DNA from: Antedon mediterranea
Lineage: Eukaryota > Animalia > Echinodermata
Reading direction: 5' to 3'
DNA length: 64,000 bases
Assembly: GCF_964355755.1 (NCBI RefSeq)
Contig: NC_092679.1
Location: 24,225,432 to 24,289,431 of the forward strand
Part shown: in pieces, positions 1 through 13,828 of the stretch
Position numbering within the stretch: position 1 is the stretch's first letter
How the letters are laid out: every line of letters begins with the position of its first letter
Translations under genes and position numbers: made by a program
Notes under the pieces: generated by a model
The model's input: only the letters and a program-made list of their open reading frames with translations
Told to the model about the DNA's origin: nothing
The model's database searches: none

Positions 1-3000
1 CTGTGGCATAGGACACACAGTACAACAAAAGCAGCGTACTGTAACGCATTTCTTACCTGTGGCATAGGACACACAGTACAACAAAAGCAGCGCACTGTAA
101 CACATTTCTCACCTGTGGCATAGGACACACAGTACAGCAAAAGCAGCGCACTGTAACACATTTCTCACCTGTGGCATAGGACACACAGTACAACAAAAGC
201 AGCGTACTGTAACACATTTCTTACCTGTGGCATAGGACACACAGTACAGCAAAAGCAGCGTACTGTAACACATTTCTTACCTGTGGCATAGGACACACAG
301 TACAACAAAAGCAGCGTACTGTAACACATTTCTTACCTGTGGCATAGGACACACAGTACAACAAAAGCAGCGCACTGTAACACATTTCTTACCTGTGGCA
401 TAGGACACACAGTACAACAAAAGCAGCGTACTGTAACACATTTCTTACCTGTGGCATAGGACACACAGTACAACAAAAGCAGCGCACTGTAACACATTTC
501 TTACCTGTGGCATAGGACACACAGTACAACAAAAGCAGCGTACTGTAACACATTTCTTACCTGTGGCATAGGACACACAGTACAACAAAAGCAGCGTACT
601 GTAACATATTTCTTACCTGTGGCATAGGACACACAGTACAGCAAAAGCAGCGTACTGTAACACATTTCTTACCTGTGGCATAGGACACACAGTACAACAA
701 AAGCAGCGTACTGTAACACATTTCTTACCTGTGGCATAGGACACACAGTACAACAAAAGCAGCGTACTGTAACACATTTCTTACCTGTGGCATAGGACAC
801 ACAGTACAACAAAAGCAGCGTACTGTAACACATTTCTTACCTGTGGCATAGGACACACAGTACAACAAAAGCAGCGTACTGTAACACATTTCTTACCTGT
901 GGCATAGGACACACAGTACAACAAAAGCAGCGCACTGTAACACATTTCTTACCTGTGGCATAGGACACACAGTACAACAAAAGCAGCGCACTGTAACACA
1001 TTTCTTACCTGTGGCATAGGACACACAGTACAACAAAAGCAGCGTACTGTAACACATTTCTTACCTGTGGCATAGGACACACAGTACAACAAAAGCAGCG
1101 TACTGTAACACATTTCTCACCTGTGGCATAGGACACACAGTACAGCAAAAGCAGCGTACTGTAACACATTTCTCACCTGTGGCATAGGACACACAGTACA
1201 ACAAAAGCAGCGTACTGTAACACATTTCTTACCTATGGCATAGGACACACAGTACAACAAAAGCAGCGTACTGTAACACATTTCTTACCTGTGGCATAGG
1301 ACACACAGTACAACAAAAGCAGCGTACTGTAACACATTTCTTACCTGTGGCATAGGACACACAGTACAACAAAAGCAGCGTACTGTAACACATTTCTTAC
1401 CTGTGGCATAGGACACACAGTACCGCAAAAGCAGCGTACTGTAACACATTTCTTACCTGTGGCATAGGACACACAGTACAACAAAAGCAGCGTACTGTAA
1501 CACATTTCTTACCTGTGGCATAGGACACACAGTACAACAAAAGCAGCGTACTGTAACACATTTCTTACCTGTGGCATAGGACACACAGTACAACAAAAGC
1601 AGCGTACTGTAACACATTTCTTACCTGTGGCATAGGACACACAGTACAGCAAAAGCAGCGTACTGTAACACATTTCTTACCTGTGGCATAGGACACACAG
1701 TACAACAAAAGCAGCGTACTGTAACACATTTCTTACCTGTGGCATAGGACACACAGTACAACAAAAGCAGCGTACTGTAACACATTTCTTACCTGTGGCA
1801 TAGGACACACAGTACAACAAAAGCAGCGTACTGTAACACATTTCTTACCTGTGGCATAGGACACACAGTACAACAAAAGCAGCGTACTGTAACACATTTC
1901 TTACCTGTGGCATAGGACACACAGTACAGCAAAAGCAGCGTACTGTAACACATTTCTTACCTGTGGCATAGGACACACAGTACAACAAAAGCAGCGTACT
2001 GTAACACATTTCTTACCTGTGGCATAGGACACACAGTACAGCAAAAGCAGCGTACTGTAACACATTTCTTACCTGTGGCATAGGACACACAGTACAACAA
2101 AAGCAGCGTACTGTAACACATTTCTTACCTGTGGCATAGGACACACAGTACAGCAAAAGCAGCGTACTGTAACACATTTCTTACCTGTGGCATAGGACAC
2201 ACAGTACAACAAAAGCAGCGTACTGTAACACATTTCTTACCTGTGGCATAGGCTACACAGTACAACAAAAGCAGCGTACTGTAACATATTTCTTACCTGT
2301 GGCATAGGCTACACAGTACAACAAAAGCAGCGTACTGTAACATATTTCTTACCTGTGGCATAGGACACACAGTACAACAAAAGCAGCGTACTGTAACATA
2401 TTTCTTACCTGTGGCATAGGACACACAGTACAACAAAAGCAGCGTACTGTAACACATTTCTTACCTGTGGCATAGGACACACAGTACAACAAAAGCAGCG
2501 TACTGTAACACATTTCTTACCTGTGGCATAGGACACACAGTACAACAAAAGCAGCGTACTGTAACACATTTCTTACCTGTGGCATAGGACACACAGTACC
2601 GCAAAAGCAGCGTACTGTAACACATTTCTTACCTGTGGCATAGGACACACAGTACAACAAAAGCAGCGTACTGTAACACATTTCTCACCTGTGGCATAGG
2701 ACACACAGTACAGCAAAAGCAGCGTACTGTAACACATTTCTCACCTGTGGCATAGGACACACAGTACAACAAAAGCAGCGTACTGTAACACATTTCTTAC
2801 CTATGGCATAGGACACACAGTACAACAAAAGCAGCGTACTGTAACACATTTCTTACCTGTGGCATAGGACACACAGTACAACAAAAGCAGCGTACTGTAA
2901 CACATTTCTTACCTGTGGCATAGGACACACAGTACAACAAAAGCAGCGTACTGTAACACATTTCTTACCTGTGGCATAGGACACACAGTACCGCAAAAGC

Positions 3001-6000
3001 AGCGTACTGTAACACATTTCTTACCTGTGGCATAGGACACACAGTACAACAAAAGCAGCGTACTGTAACACATTTCTTACCTGTGGCATAGGACACACAG
3101 TACAGCAAAAGCAGCGTACTGTAACACATTTCTTACCTGTGGCATAGGACACACAGTACAGCAAAAGCAGCGTACTGTAACACATTTCTTACCTGTGGCA
3201 TAGGACACACAGTACAACAAAAGCAGCGTACTGTAACACATTTCTTACCTGTGGCATAGGACACACAGTACAGCAAAAGCAGCGTACTGTAACACATTTC
3301 TTACCTGTGGCATAGGACACACAGTACAACAAAAGCAGCGTACTGTAACACATTTCTTACCTGTGGCATAGGACACACAGTACAACAAAAGCAGCGTACT
3401 GTAACACATTTCTCACCTGTGGCATAGGACACACAGTACAGCAAAAGCAGCGTACTGTAACACATTTCTTACCTGTGGCATAGGACACACAGTACAACAA
3501 AAGCAGCGTACTATAACACATTTCTTACCTATGGCATAGGACACACAGTACAACAAAAGCAGCGTACTGTAACACATTTCTTACCTGTGGCATAGGACAC
3601 ACAGTACAACAAAAGCAGCGTACTGTAACACATTTCTTACCTGTGGCATAGGACACACAGTACAACAAAAGCAGCGTACTGTAACACATTTCTTACCTGT
3701 GGCATAGGACACACAGTACCGCAAAAGCAGCGTACTGTAACACATTTCTTACCTGTGGCATAGGACACACAGTACAACAAAAGCAGCGTACTGTAACACA
3801 TTTCTTACCTGTGGCATAGGACACACAGTACAACAAAAGCAGCGTACTGTAACACATTTCTTAACTGTGGCATAGGACACACAGTACAACAAAAGCAGCG
3901 TACTGTAACACATTTCTTACCTGTGGCATAGGACACACAGTACAGCAAAAGCAGCGTACTGTAACACATTTCTTACCTGTGGCATAGGACACACAGTACA
4001 ACAAAAGCAGCGTACTGTAACACATTTCTTACCTGTGGCATAGGACACACAGTACAACAAAAGCAGCGTACTGTAACACATTTCTTACCTGTGGCATAGG
4101 ACACACAGTACAACAAAAGCAGCGTACTGTAACACATTTCTTACCTGTGGCATAGGACACACAGTACAACAAAAGCAGCGTACTGTAACACATTTCTTAC
4201 CTGTGGCATAGGACACACAGTACAGCAAAAGCAGCGTACTGTAACACATTTCTTACCTGTGGCATAGGACACACAGTACAACAAAAGCAGCGTACTGTAA
4301 CACATTTCTTACCTGTGGCATAGGACACACAGTACAACAAAAGCAGCGTACTGTAACATATTTCTTACCTGTGGCATAGGACACACAGTACAACAAAAGC
4401 AGCGTACTGTAACACATTTCTTACCTGTGGCATAGGACACACAGTACAACAAAAGCAGCGTACTGTAACACATTTCTTACCTGTGGCATAGGACACACAG
4501 TACAACAAAAGCAGCGTACTGTAACATATTTCTTACCTGTGGCATAGGCTACACAGTACAACAAAAGCAGCGTACTGTAACATATTTCTTACCTGTGGCA
4601 TAGGACACACAGTACAACAAAAGCAGCGTACTGTAACATATTTCTTACCTGTGGCATAGGACACACAGTACAACAAAAGCAGCGTACTGTAACATATTTC
4701 TTACCTGTGGCATAGGACACACAGTACAACAAAAGCAGCGTACTGTAACACATTTCTTACCTGTGGCATAGGACACACAGTACAACAAAAGCAGCGTACT
4801 GTAACACATTTCTCACCTGTGGCATAGGACACACAGTACAACAAAAGCAGCGTACTGTAACACATTTCTTACCTGTGGCATAGGACACACAGTACAACAA
4901 AAGCAGCGCACTGTAACACATTTCTCACCTGTGGCATAGGACACACAGTACAGCAAAAGCAGCGTACTGTAACACATTTCTTACCTGTGGCATAGGACAC
5001 ACAGTACAACAAAAGCAGCGTACTGTAACACATTTCTTACCTGTGGCATAGGACACACAGTACAACAAAAGCAGCGCACTGTAACACATTTCTTACCTGT
5101 GGCATAGGACACACAGTACAACAAAAGCAGCGTACTGTAACACATTTCTTACCTGTGGCATAGGACACACAGTACAGCAAAAGCAGCGTACTGTAACACA
5201 TTTCTTACCTGTGGCATAGGACACACAGTACAACAAAAGCAGCGTACTGTAACACATTTCTTACCTGTGGCATAGGACACACAGTACAACAAAAGCAGCG
5301 TACTGTAACACATTTCTTACCTGTGGCATAGGACACACAGTACAACAAAAGCAGCGCACTGTAACACATTTCTCACCTGTGGCATAGGACACACAGTACA
5401 ACAAAAGCAGCGTACTGTAACACATTTCTTACCTGTGGCATAGGACACACAGTACAACAAAAGCAGCGTACTGTAACACATTTCTTACCTGTGGCATAGG
5501 ACACACAGTACAACAAAAGCAGCGTACTGTAACACATTTCTTACCTGTGGCATAGGACACACAGTACAACAAAAGCAGCGTACTGTAACACATTTCTTAC
5601 CTGTGGCATAGGACACACAGTACAACAAAAGCAGCGTACTGTAACACATTTCTTACCTGTGGCATAGGACACACAGTACAACAAAAGCAGCGTACTGTAA
5701 CACATTTCTTACCTGTGGCATAGGACACACAGTACAACAAAAGCAGCGTACTGTAACACATTTCTTACCTGTGGCATAGGACACACAGTACAGCAAAAGC
5801 AGCGTACTGTAACACATTTCTTACCTGTGGCATAGGACACACAGTACAACAAAAGCAGCGTACTGTAACACATTTCTTACCTGTGGCATAGGACACACAG
5901 TACAACAAAAGCAGCGTACTGTAACACATTTCTTACCTGTGGCATAGGACACACAGTACAACAAAAGCAGCGTACTGTAACACATTTCTTACCTGTGGCA

Positions 6001-6268
6001 TAGGACACACAGTACAACAAAAGCAGCGTACTGTAACACATTTCTTACCTGTGGCATAGGACACACAGTACAACAAAAGCAGCGTACTGTAACACATTTC
6101 TTACCTGTGGCATAGGACACACAGTACAGCAAAAGCAGCGTACTGTAACACATTTCTTACCTGTGGCATAGGACACACAGTACAACAAAAGCAGCGTACT
6201 GTAACACATTTCTTACCTGTGGCATAGGACACACAGTACAGCAAAAGCAGCGTACTGTAACACATTTC
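1..6268. repeat. 56-bp tandem array (~112 units in window, runs off the left edge)
   Basis: Unit ctgtggcataggacacacagtacaacaaaagcagcgtactgtaacacatttcttac repeats with period 56 and few substitutions until about 6268. Confidence 0.99.
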
Positions 6269-6277
6269 AGCTCTCAT
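6217..6277 (-). CDS. First coding exon (signal peptide MRAEMCYSTLLLLYCVSYAT-G) of a gene continuing left out of the window
   Basis: Minus strand reads ATG AGA GCT GAA ATG TGT TAC AGT ACG CTG CTT TTG CTG TAC TGT GTG TCC TAT GCC ACA G|gtaag. It has a hydrophobic core and a phase-1 consensus donor, the same layout as exon 1 of the neighbouring gene at 13777-13828. Confidence 0.65.
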
Positions 6278-7442
6278 TTCAAAAACAGTGTTAATACACG
6301 GAAAGCTAAATGTTCAATAAAGGTGGCTTATTATTTTTCAATTTATATTGTCATTATGGGCTTGGTTTCGGTGATTTTGAAATATGTTTATCTTTCGTGG
6401 GACCAAAAACCTGTTTCGATTTCACTGTTAAATTTAAGTCTAGATAAATTATTAAATTAATCAGCGAATAATCTAGCAATGATAGCGATAATAGAGTATT
6501 CATATATTATTGTCCATCTGTCAAATTCACATATTTACGTTTCCGGGGAGACTAGCGCAACGCAAACGAGTTGACCAATGACGATTATTGCGCTGCGCTT
6601 AAGGTAAAGCTTTCTTTCAACTAAAAAAAGTTGTAAGTTTTACGTCAACGTAGTTCGTTCGGATCACTAAGATTTGTAATGATTGACAGAAAAGGGGATC
6701 AAAAAAATTAATGATTACAAAGTCGTTGAAGTTGAGCTGAATTCAACTTTAAAGGCTTCGTGATTAAAATTATTATTGTTAAATATTCTAGGCGTCTACC
6801 ACAAAATATTCTTTTGGTTGCTGCTACAGGATGTGTTTGCAGTGTGTTATATAGAATAGGAAATTCTTGAAAATTGACTTACATTTATGTAAATTTAACG
6901 AAAAAAGTGACATAAATCAAAAGAAAAATCAATTTTACGTATACTATTTTCAATTACAAATAGATTAATGATACATGATTAAAAAATCATTTGAAAATAT
7001 TCCGATTTCATAGTCTTCTCTCTCCATTCGCCTTTCTCCTGATGCGTTTGGTGATACGTTTTGATAATAATAAGTGATGATTGCGTGGTAATAATGACAT
7101 AGTCATGACATTATGATGAATGGTTTGACTTGATTATGAAATTAAGAACGTCTTCAAACAATAATTGTGTTAAGATAATTATTTTGTCACGCGATGTACC
7201 TATTGTTAGAAAGAGTTATCAGACCTCGTATTCAATTAATTAAAAAAATGTTGCACAATGTTAAAGAAATGTGTTTTGCAAAGTTGTTCATGTACGTTAT
7301 CTATTAAATTAATGAATGTATAATAATATATCAATACATATGTTTACTGACCTGTTCTCGAACTTAATTAATCACTAATTATTTTACATTATCAATTCTA
7401 TTGTTATCGATAAGCTTTTCAGTATAGATTGAAATATGATAA

Positions 7443-7804
7443 GATAAATCGATGTTTAGTAGTGGGCGTAGACAGCCAATACGATAACTCGATGTTGAGT
7501 AGTGGGCGTAGACAGCCAATACGATAAATCGATGTTTAGTAGTGGGCGTAGACATCCAATGCGATAAATCGATGTTTAGTAGTGGGCGTAGACAGCCAAT
7601 ACGATAAATCGATGTTTAGTAGTGGGCGTAGACAGCCAATACGATAAATCTATGTTTAGTAGTGGGCGTAGACAGCCAATACGATAAATCGATGTTTAGT
7701 TGTGGGCGTAGACAGCCAATACGATAACTCGATGTTGAGTAGTGGGCGTAGACAGTCAATACGATAACTCGATGTTGAGTAGTGGGCGTAGACAGCCAAT
7801 ACGA
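7443..7804. repeat. 40-bp minisatellite, ~9 copies
   Basis: Unit gataaatcgatgtttagtagtgggcgtagacagccaatac, period 40. Confidence 0.97.
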
Positions 7805-9161
7805 TCGCCATGTTTCAATTTAAATACCTTTTACAGAAAAATGAATTTGTTAAAATTGTCTTTAATTCAAAGACCTATGGAAATAAATATTAAGTTAATG
7901 AAGGGACTAATGACAAATTTCGTTTATTAGGATAAACGTTATTGAATGAATGTATTTATTCTTTATAGCATTACATTACACATCTCAATTCACTGCACCC
8001 TAGAAACATTTCAAATTACGAATATTAGAATATACATAACAATACAAATATTGATGAAAAAATTAAAATGTTAAAAAGTTTTGAACAATTCAAAATTTAT
8101 AATACATCTTCACTGAATAAAACAACTCAACTATTATATAAAGTTATGCTCACCCTGATTAAGATAGGACGTTTAACCTGGGCGGTATGATATAAAACAT
8201 AACTGATGGTCTAAACTTCCCGATTAAAGCCGGCTTTATGAGCTGATGGTCTTACTAAAGCCACCTCTGTTAGACCATTGCTATAAAACAATCTTAGCTA
8301 AGACCACGTACAGTAACACATTGAGGGTGCACTTAACGCGTAAAACATTGCTATTACCTGAATACAGCCTGGACCTTAAACCAAAGATTATAATAGCGCA
8401 GCTACGCTGTGTAAGATAGAGAACTGTTTCTAGGTCCTATTCTACAACACTATACGCTCCCTGTAATCCCATGGACGCCATTGGAACGGACACATATTGT
8501 TTACTCTTAGGGTGATTGTAATTAGTGTCTATAATAATTTATTTTATAAACGATTATTTTATTACAAAATATTATTAGTAATTACAATTTAATTATCTTT
8601 CAGTTACTTTATTGTGTAAATTTATCACAACTACCCAGTTGTTGTGTCGCTATACAATCTTTGCCTAAACTGTCATGCGTAACAATAGAACAAGAACATT
8701 CAACCAATCAGAGACCAAGTTTCTTCTACCGTAACTCAAGCGAGACATTTACAAAGGCGTCTAGGAGGTTGTTTTTATTCCTGTATGCTTAATTATGAGT
8801 TTGGCTATGAACAGCCTAGAAGCCACACTTATCGTATCTCGCTTGGTCACGATGATCCATCATTCAGGGATAGTTCTATTTTAAGGGAGGACAAAAGTCA
8901 AGACCTGATAACAGTGTACAATATTTTATACACATGAACAAATTGATTATTTGTATACATTAACGTGCTTTTAGTATGTCTACCACCAAGAAACAAAGTT
9001 TTACTGATTAATACAAAACTTATTATAATACTTTAACAATTAGTATTGTTTATGGATTTACCACGATAATGAATTAATAATGCACGTTATGATACCTTTT
9101 GAACATTCAATGATTTGTGATAAATAGTGCTAAATAATAATGGCAGTGAAAAATGAGGAAA

Positions 9162-12100
9162 TTAACAGTGCTTAACAAGGTTATGCGACTGTGACTCCTT
9201 CTGATAGTACTCGACATCAGATTCGTACGGCTCACTCATATTGGTCAAATTAACCTTTGAGAACAAAATACACGACTTCTTCACAAGATGAATCTGAACT
9301 CCCTTACAACATGTTTGCTGCAAACACATCTTTACGCAGTCTAACTTCAACGAGTTGGTACTGTTAAGTATTTTAGTTCCTGTAATACTGCTCGGTGGCT
9401 TTAACTTCACAAATTTTCCATTTGAATCGAAATTCCAAGCTGTAAGTTAAAAAATACAAAGTTCTATTTTAGTATACAATTGTGTTGTTTTATTCCATAC
9501 GCATCCACAGCGAGTAACTACTCGCCAATTACACGATGGGTTCGGTCTATTTTGTGTTCTTTGATTGAGTGTACATGCGCATTAGTGTTATTATATTGGT
9601 AACAAATCAATCATTGAGTGATCGACCGAGTGTAATGAAGTATTTTGTATACGCTCCTTGGAATATTGTTGTTGTTGCTAGAGTTGAGCTAATCTATTCG
9701 TAAACACGAATTTATCCGATATATGAAGCGATTTGATTTTTTCATACCTGATGGTGAAGGTCTGATATTAATCTGCGAAAAAGCTACTTTATCCACATGG
9801 TTTTAAATAAGGTGTGAAAATAAAAGGATTGTGCAAGACGCTACAAGAAATTATTTTTCCAAGTTTCTACTACAAACCAGACTTCTGTATTTAATTTAAG
9901 GCTGATGCAGGGGAAAATCAAGATACGAGAACAGGTCACCACTAAAGCGACAAACAGTAGGCGCATGCACACTCATTTAAAGGATACAAATATAGACCGA
10001 ATGGACCAAAACTGAAACATTCTAGCTAAGAGAAAGTGCTCATTTACAAGATTCGACTAAAGAAGACCAACTCTTTAAAGGGTTTTTACGTTGGTTCAGT
10101 AGGGCCTAATATGATGTTCAGTATTTTGTAAATATTAGGTCGTTGTAAAAAGATATTCGGGTGTCTATAAAAGAGGTGTCCGTTTACAGCCTACAAAATG
10201 CACTGAATAGTTCTCGTTCATCGACAAATCAACAATCCTTACTTTGAAACGGCGCATCTCTCGCTGCTTTCATTTCAGCTTCATTTAATGCACGATCATA
10301 TAGCTGGAACATGGCCAATTTCGCAATGAATTTTCCACCTTTATTTCCAATCCGCAATACATTGAAACGTGATGTTATGCTTTCAAAATCTGTATATCCT
10401 ACACTGGCGATTTCTCCATCTCTCCAAAGTGTAATTGTCTTCTTACTGCCATCAAATGTAACTGCAAGAAACGTCCACTCCGAAGGTAACAGCATATGCG
10501 CTCTTGTTAAAAGTACATCATCATATATGACGTTGACGCTTGAGTGAAAGGGATGGTGGTTCTCATATACCTGTGAAAGTTTAAAAAGCTTAGTAGTATT
10601 TTTATTACCGGTTGTGCTCAGGATTATCGAATGAGACGAATGTTGCGGGTAAACGTAGAATGCTAACGTAAACGCAATTAGTTCGTTACTCAACCACACG
10701 GTATTAAAATTGACAGGCTCCGGATTTTTAAATTGAAAGTCACAGGACAGGTTCATCGATGGAGAAAAGTACGTTTCTGATGTTTTGTAGGCAAACCAAG
10801 AGGTCAAGCATGTCAAATCCATTTCGAAATTATGTATGGCATCTAGATGTTTAATTGTTGCTGGGTCTGCAAAATATAATACAAAATATAGGCCTACAAT
10901 TTGCATTCATCATAATTATAAAACTGTTAATCACATCTACCAAAATAACAAAAGTTGTGCTATCAATTTGTTCATCTTATTTTCCATATTATAGGCCTAC
11001 TATATTGAATACGTATTTTAGGCATAACAAATTTGTATTATTGATGATTATTAGGGAGGTTTCGCATGAACGTTAACTTTAAGGGATGACGTCAGCATTA
11101 TACTCATTGCATAATAACAATGTTCACGGACAAATAGCTTTGACGTACTAACAATTCGTTTTGATTTCACTTCAACGGTGTAGAAAGGAACGCATGTTCC
11201 ACGCATGCAACATACGGCCTTCGCATTAACAAATCATGGAATGCTTCTTGGGCCTGGCTAGTTTTGTTTTCAATTCCACATTGGGTGATACAATAGCGTA
11301 TTGAAATTAACAAATCAGATTATTTGACTTAATAAAAAACATAAATTGATGATTGTTCCATGTTTCGATACCCTTTCGGTTAACGTTTTTCATTGACGAA
11401 TTTTTTCAGACGCACGTAAATAAAGTTATAGTACTGCACGCGCAGATCGACTTGTTTTAAAAGTGGGTGGAGCTTGCGCGTTGCAAGTTGGGAAATAACA
11501 TTAAAGTTAACGTTTACGCATACGTACGTGCTCGTGTGTAAGCTCCCTATTAAAAAAAAAATTGTTACCTTGTTCTGTCTCAAGTTCATACTCGCTGTAA
11601 ACACGAATGTGGCATACTCGAAGTCTTTTATTGTTTCTTAACACAACATATCGGCCTGCCACATCTTTATTACATGCTAGATCAATAACAATGCTCTTTT
11701 CAATTTGAGCCTTGGAAACAGTGTGTTCTGTACAGTCTTGTTCAGTATCACCGGTAGAGATTGTAATTCTGCTACCTTCCAAGTCCCCTCCATCATACGC
11801 TGAAAATTAATTTCCCAGAAGAAGAAGTATGTAAATGAACAGTAGACATTCTGTATTGTATTAATTACTATATAATATTACTGATACACAAAAGCCTACA
11901 GTATCGTCTAATTTCGAAAGTAAACTCGAGAGTTTAGGTCTCATTTTTATATCATAGGCCTATAATAAATTGTGTATGTGATTAACTTGTATTTATTCAA
12001 TTTAACTTAATTGATTAAAATTACTATTAACAGCAAAATTCCAAGATTATTTTCATTAATACTAATTGATCTATTTCCAAATTAAAATTAAAATTTAAGT

Positions 12101-13828
12101 TCTCACGCACAACTTGGATGAGGGACTCGTTTGCTCGAAAAGCTATTATACTATGGAATTCGTTATCGGAGGATGTAGTATCTTCAAGATCAACCAATCA
12201 ATTTAAGTCAGGTCTTGAACGGGCATAGTCCAACCACCCTCTAAACATTGCGCCATATTCAAGAGTTGATGTAATTATCAAGAGAGGCTTATAGGCAAAG
12301 CCTAGCCTCGACTCCGGACCCAGCACCGCTGAGCTCCGGATACAAGTAAGTAAACAAGTACAATCTGATACAGTAATGTAATGCCTCTCGAAATCTTGAT
12401 CATGCGTTAAATAATGTGTGGTCCTTATATTATGCCATAAGTTGTTTTTTATTTGTTAAGGTACGACGGAAACAAAGCTAAAACATACAGTTAGTTACTC
12501 CGTTTATGATAGTCACTTTCGTTATAAAGTATTCTTTGCCCAGATCTATTTTAATCCATTCATCGTCTGTATTAGCTAGAAGAAGAAGGAGGAGTACTAG
12601 GAGTCAATTCCAAAATCATCATCTCTACGCCAGGATAAATGATTACTGTTAACTGAAGGCTGGTAAAACTAAATTGTATTTTATCTAACATTTAAACATC
12701 TTATACCAGATGACCGAACAAAATAAACATTTGTTTGTTATTAGGGCCTATTATAAATACAATTTTCTCGTAACTTTTTAATTTTGCTGAGATTCATTGA
12801 AAAAAAAATATATATATTACGCTATAGGCATATATAATAATGAATCGATCTAAAATGTAAACACATAAAGTGTAGTTATTTCTTCCTTACCTGTTTTAAA
12901 ACATTGTGCAAACTTTCCAGACTTGTCATCTCCGTTTGTAAGTACGTTAGGATCAAAACCTGGAGCAGATGACCTCGCAGTGACGGTCTTATTGTATGAC
13001 AAATTTGCTGAAAAACAGATAACAATGTTCCATTACATTTACATCATTTTAATAGATGAAATAGACGAAACAAAAACAAAATGAAAAACAAAAATTAGTT
13101 TCATTAAGATTATATTTATTATAAAGATCAATTTGTTGAAAAAAATCTTCCTAAACTAAAAAAGAAATATTAAGTTAGTCCGAAGAATTAAACATGCGAA
13201 GTAAAAACTTACAATAGTTGAAACAACTCTATTTCTAAGGAATAAATAACGAAATGAAAAAAAAACAAAAATGACAAAATAACAAATACAAATCTTTTCT
13301 TCTTAAGATTATAAATAAAGATAAATTTTTCGTATATAAGTTGGAAAAACATATTTTTTAGGATTAAACAACAACAGGAATGATAAAACAAAAATTAAAA
13401 AAACATTTCTCCTTCAGATTATAATATAAATATCAATGCTTTTTAAAACGCATCTTTCTAAACTTCAAAACAAATATTAATTTAGACAAGGTAAGGCACA
13501 CGAGTATAGATATGCCCACCCTTTGAAATATTTGGATTAAGTTGTATAATTGGCGGGAAAAGTAATTAACCTTTTTTTGGATATGGATACTTCCAGTATA
13601 GGCCTATTTATTATAACTACAACAACTATAACTGCAACAATAGCTGTCTGATCGCCTGTTGCCGATCGCCTGTTGCCGATCGCCAGTTGCCGATCGCCGG
13701 TTGCCGATCGCCTCTTGTCGCAGGTCAGGTGGGATAAATTCTATGTTGTAATAAAAAATAAGTGTCAACAACTTACCTGCATGGACACTTGAAATAACAA
13801 ACGAAAACAGAAACACGTTGATGTACAT
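9162..13828 (-). CDS. Secreted mosaic protein: signal peptide, F-type lectin/discoidin-like, LamG/pentraxin-like (ConA fold), PAN/apple
   Basis: Exons (minus): 13777-13828 (MYINVFLFSFVISSVHA), 12891-13007 (NLSYNKTVTARSS...LTNGD...QCFKT), 12489-12575 (EWIKIDLGKEYFITKVTIING), 11569-11799 (C...VAGRYVVLRNNKRLRVCHIRVY), 10243-10866 (FTLAFYV...EWTFLAVTFDG...LWRDG...LRIG...FQLYDRALNEAEM), 9162-9439 (CVKMCLQQTCCKGV...CILFS, stop). All introns are GT-AG and phase 1. Confidence 0.85.
9541..10001. mobile_element. MITE-like element with ~40-bp imperfect terminal inverted repeats (intronic)
   Basis: ttcggtctattttgtgttctttgattgagtgtacatgcgc at 9541 is the imperfect reverse complement of gcgcatgcacactcatttaaaggatacaaatatagaccgaa ending at 10001. 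No ORF between them. Confidence 0.6.
11052..11549. mobile_element. Probable MITE with TAGGGAG...CTCCCTA termini
   Basis: The left end tagggaggttt...aacgttaacttt and the right end aaagttaacgtt...aagctcccta form interrupted inverted repeats. Confidence 0.45.
12095..12360 (+). mobile_element. 3' fragment of a CR1/L2-group LINE (degenerate)
   Basis: Translates to ...IILWNSLSEDVVSSRSTNQFKSGLE, matching the WNxLPxxVVxxxSxxxFKxxL C-terminal motif of CR1/L2 ORF2. It is followed by a short UTR and a caagtaagtaaacaagta tail. Confidence 0.65.
13648..13716. repeat. 14-bp GC-rich tandem repeat (gccgatcgcctgtt), ~5 copies
   Basis: Directly visible in intron 1 of the minus-strand lectin gene. Confidence 0.85.

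Noticed and set aside
1-6268. CRISPR array interpretation of the tandem arrays (also 7443-7804, 34830-38399, 41873-42400)
   Set aside because: Units are head-to-tail with no unique spacers, there are no cas genes, and the context is a spliceosomal eukaryotic genome.
7742-7930. 62-aa ORF
   Set aside because: It starts inside the 40-bp minisatellite at a non-ATG codon and has no recognisable motif.
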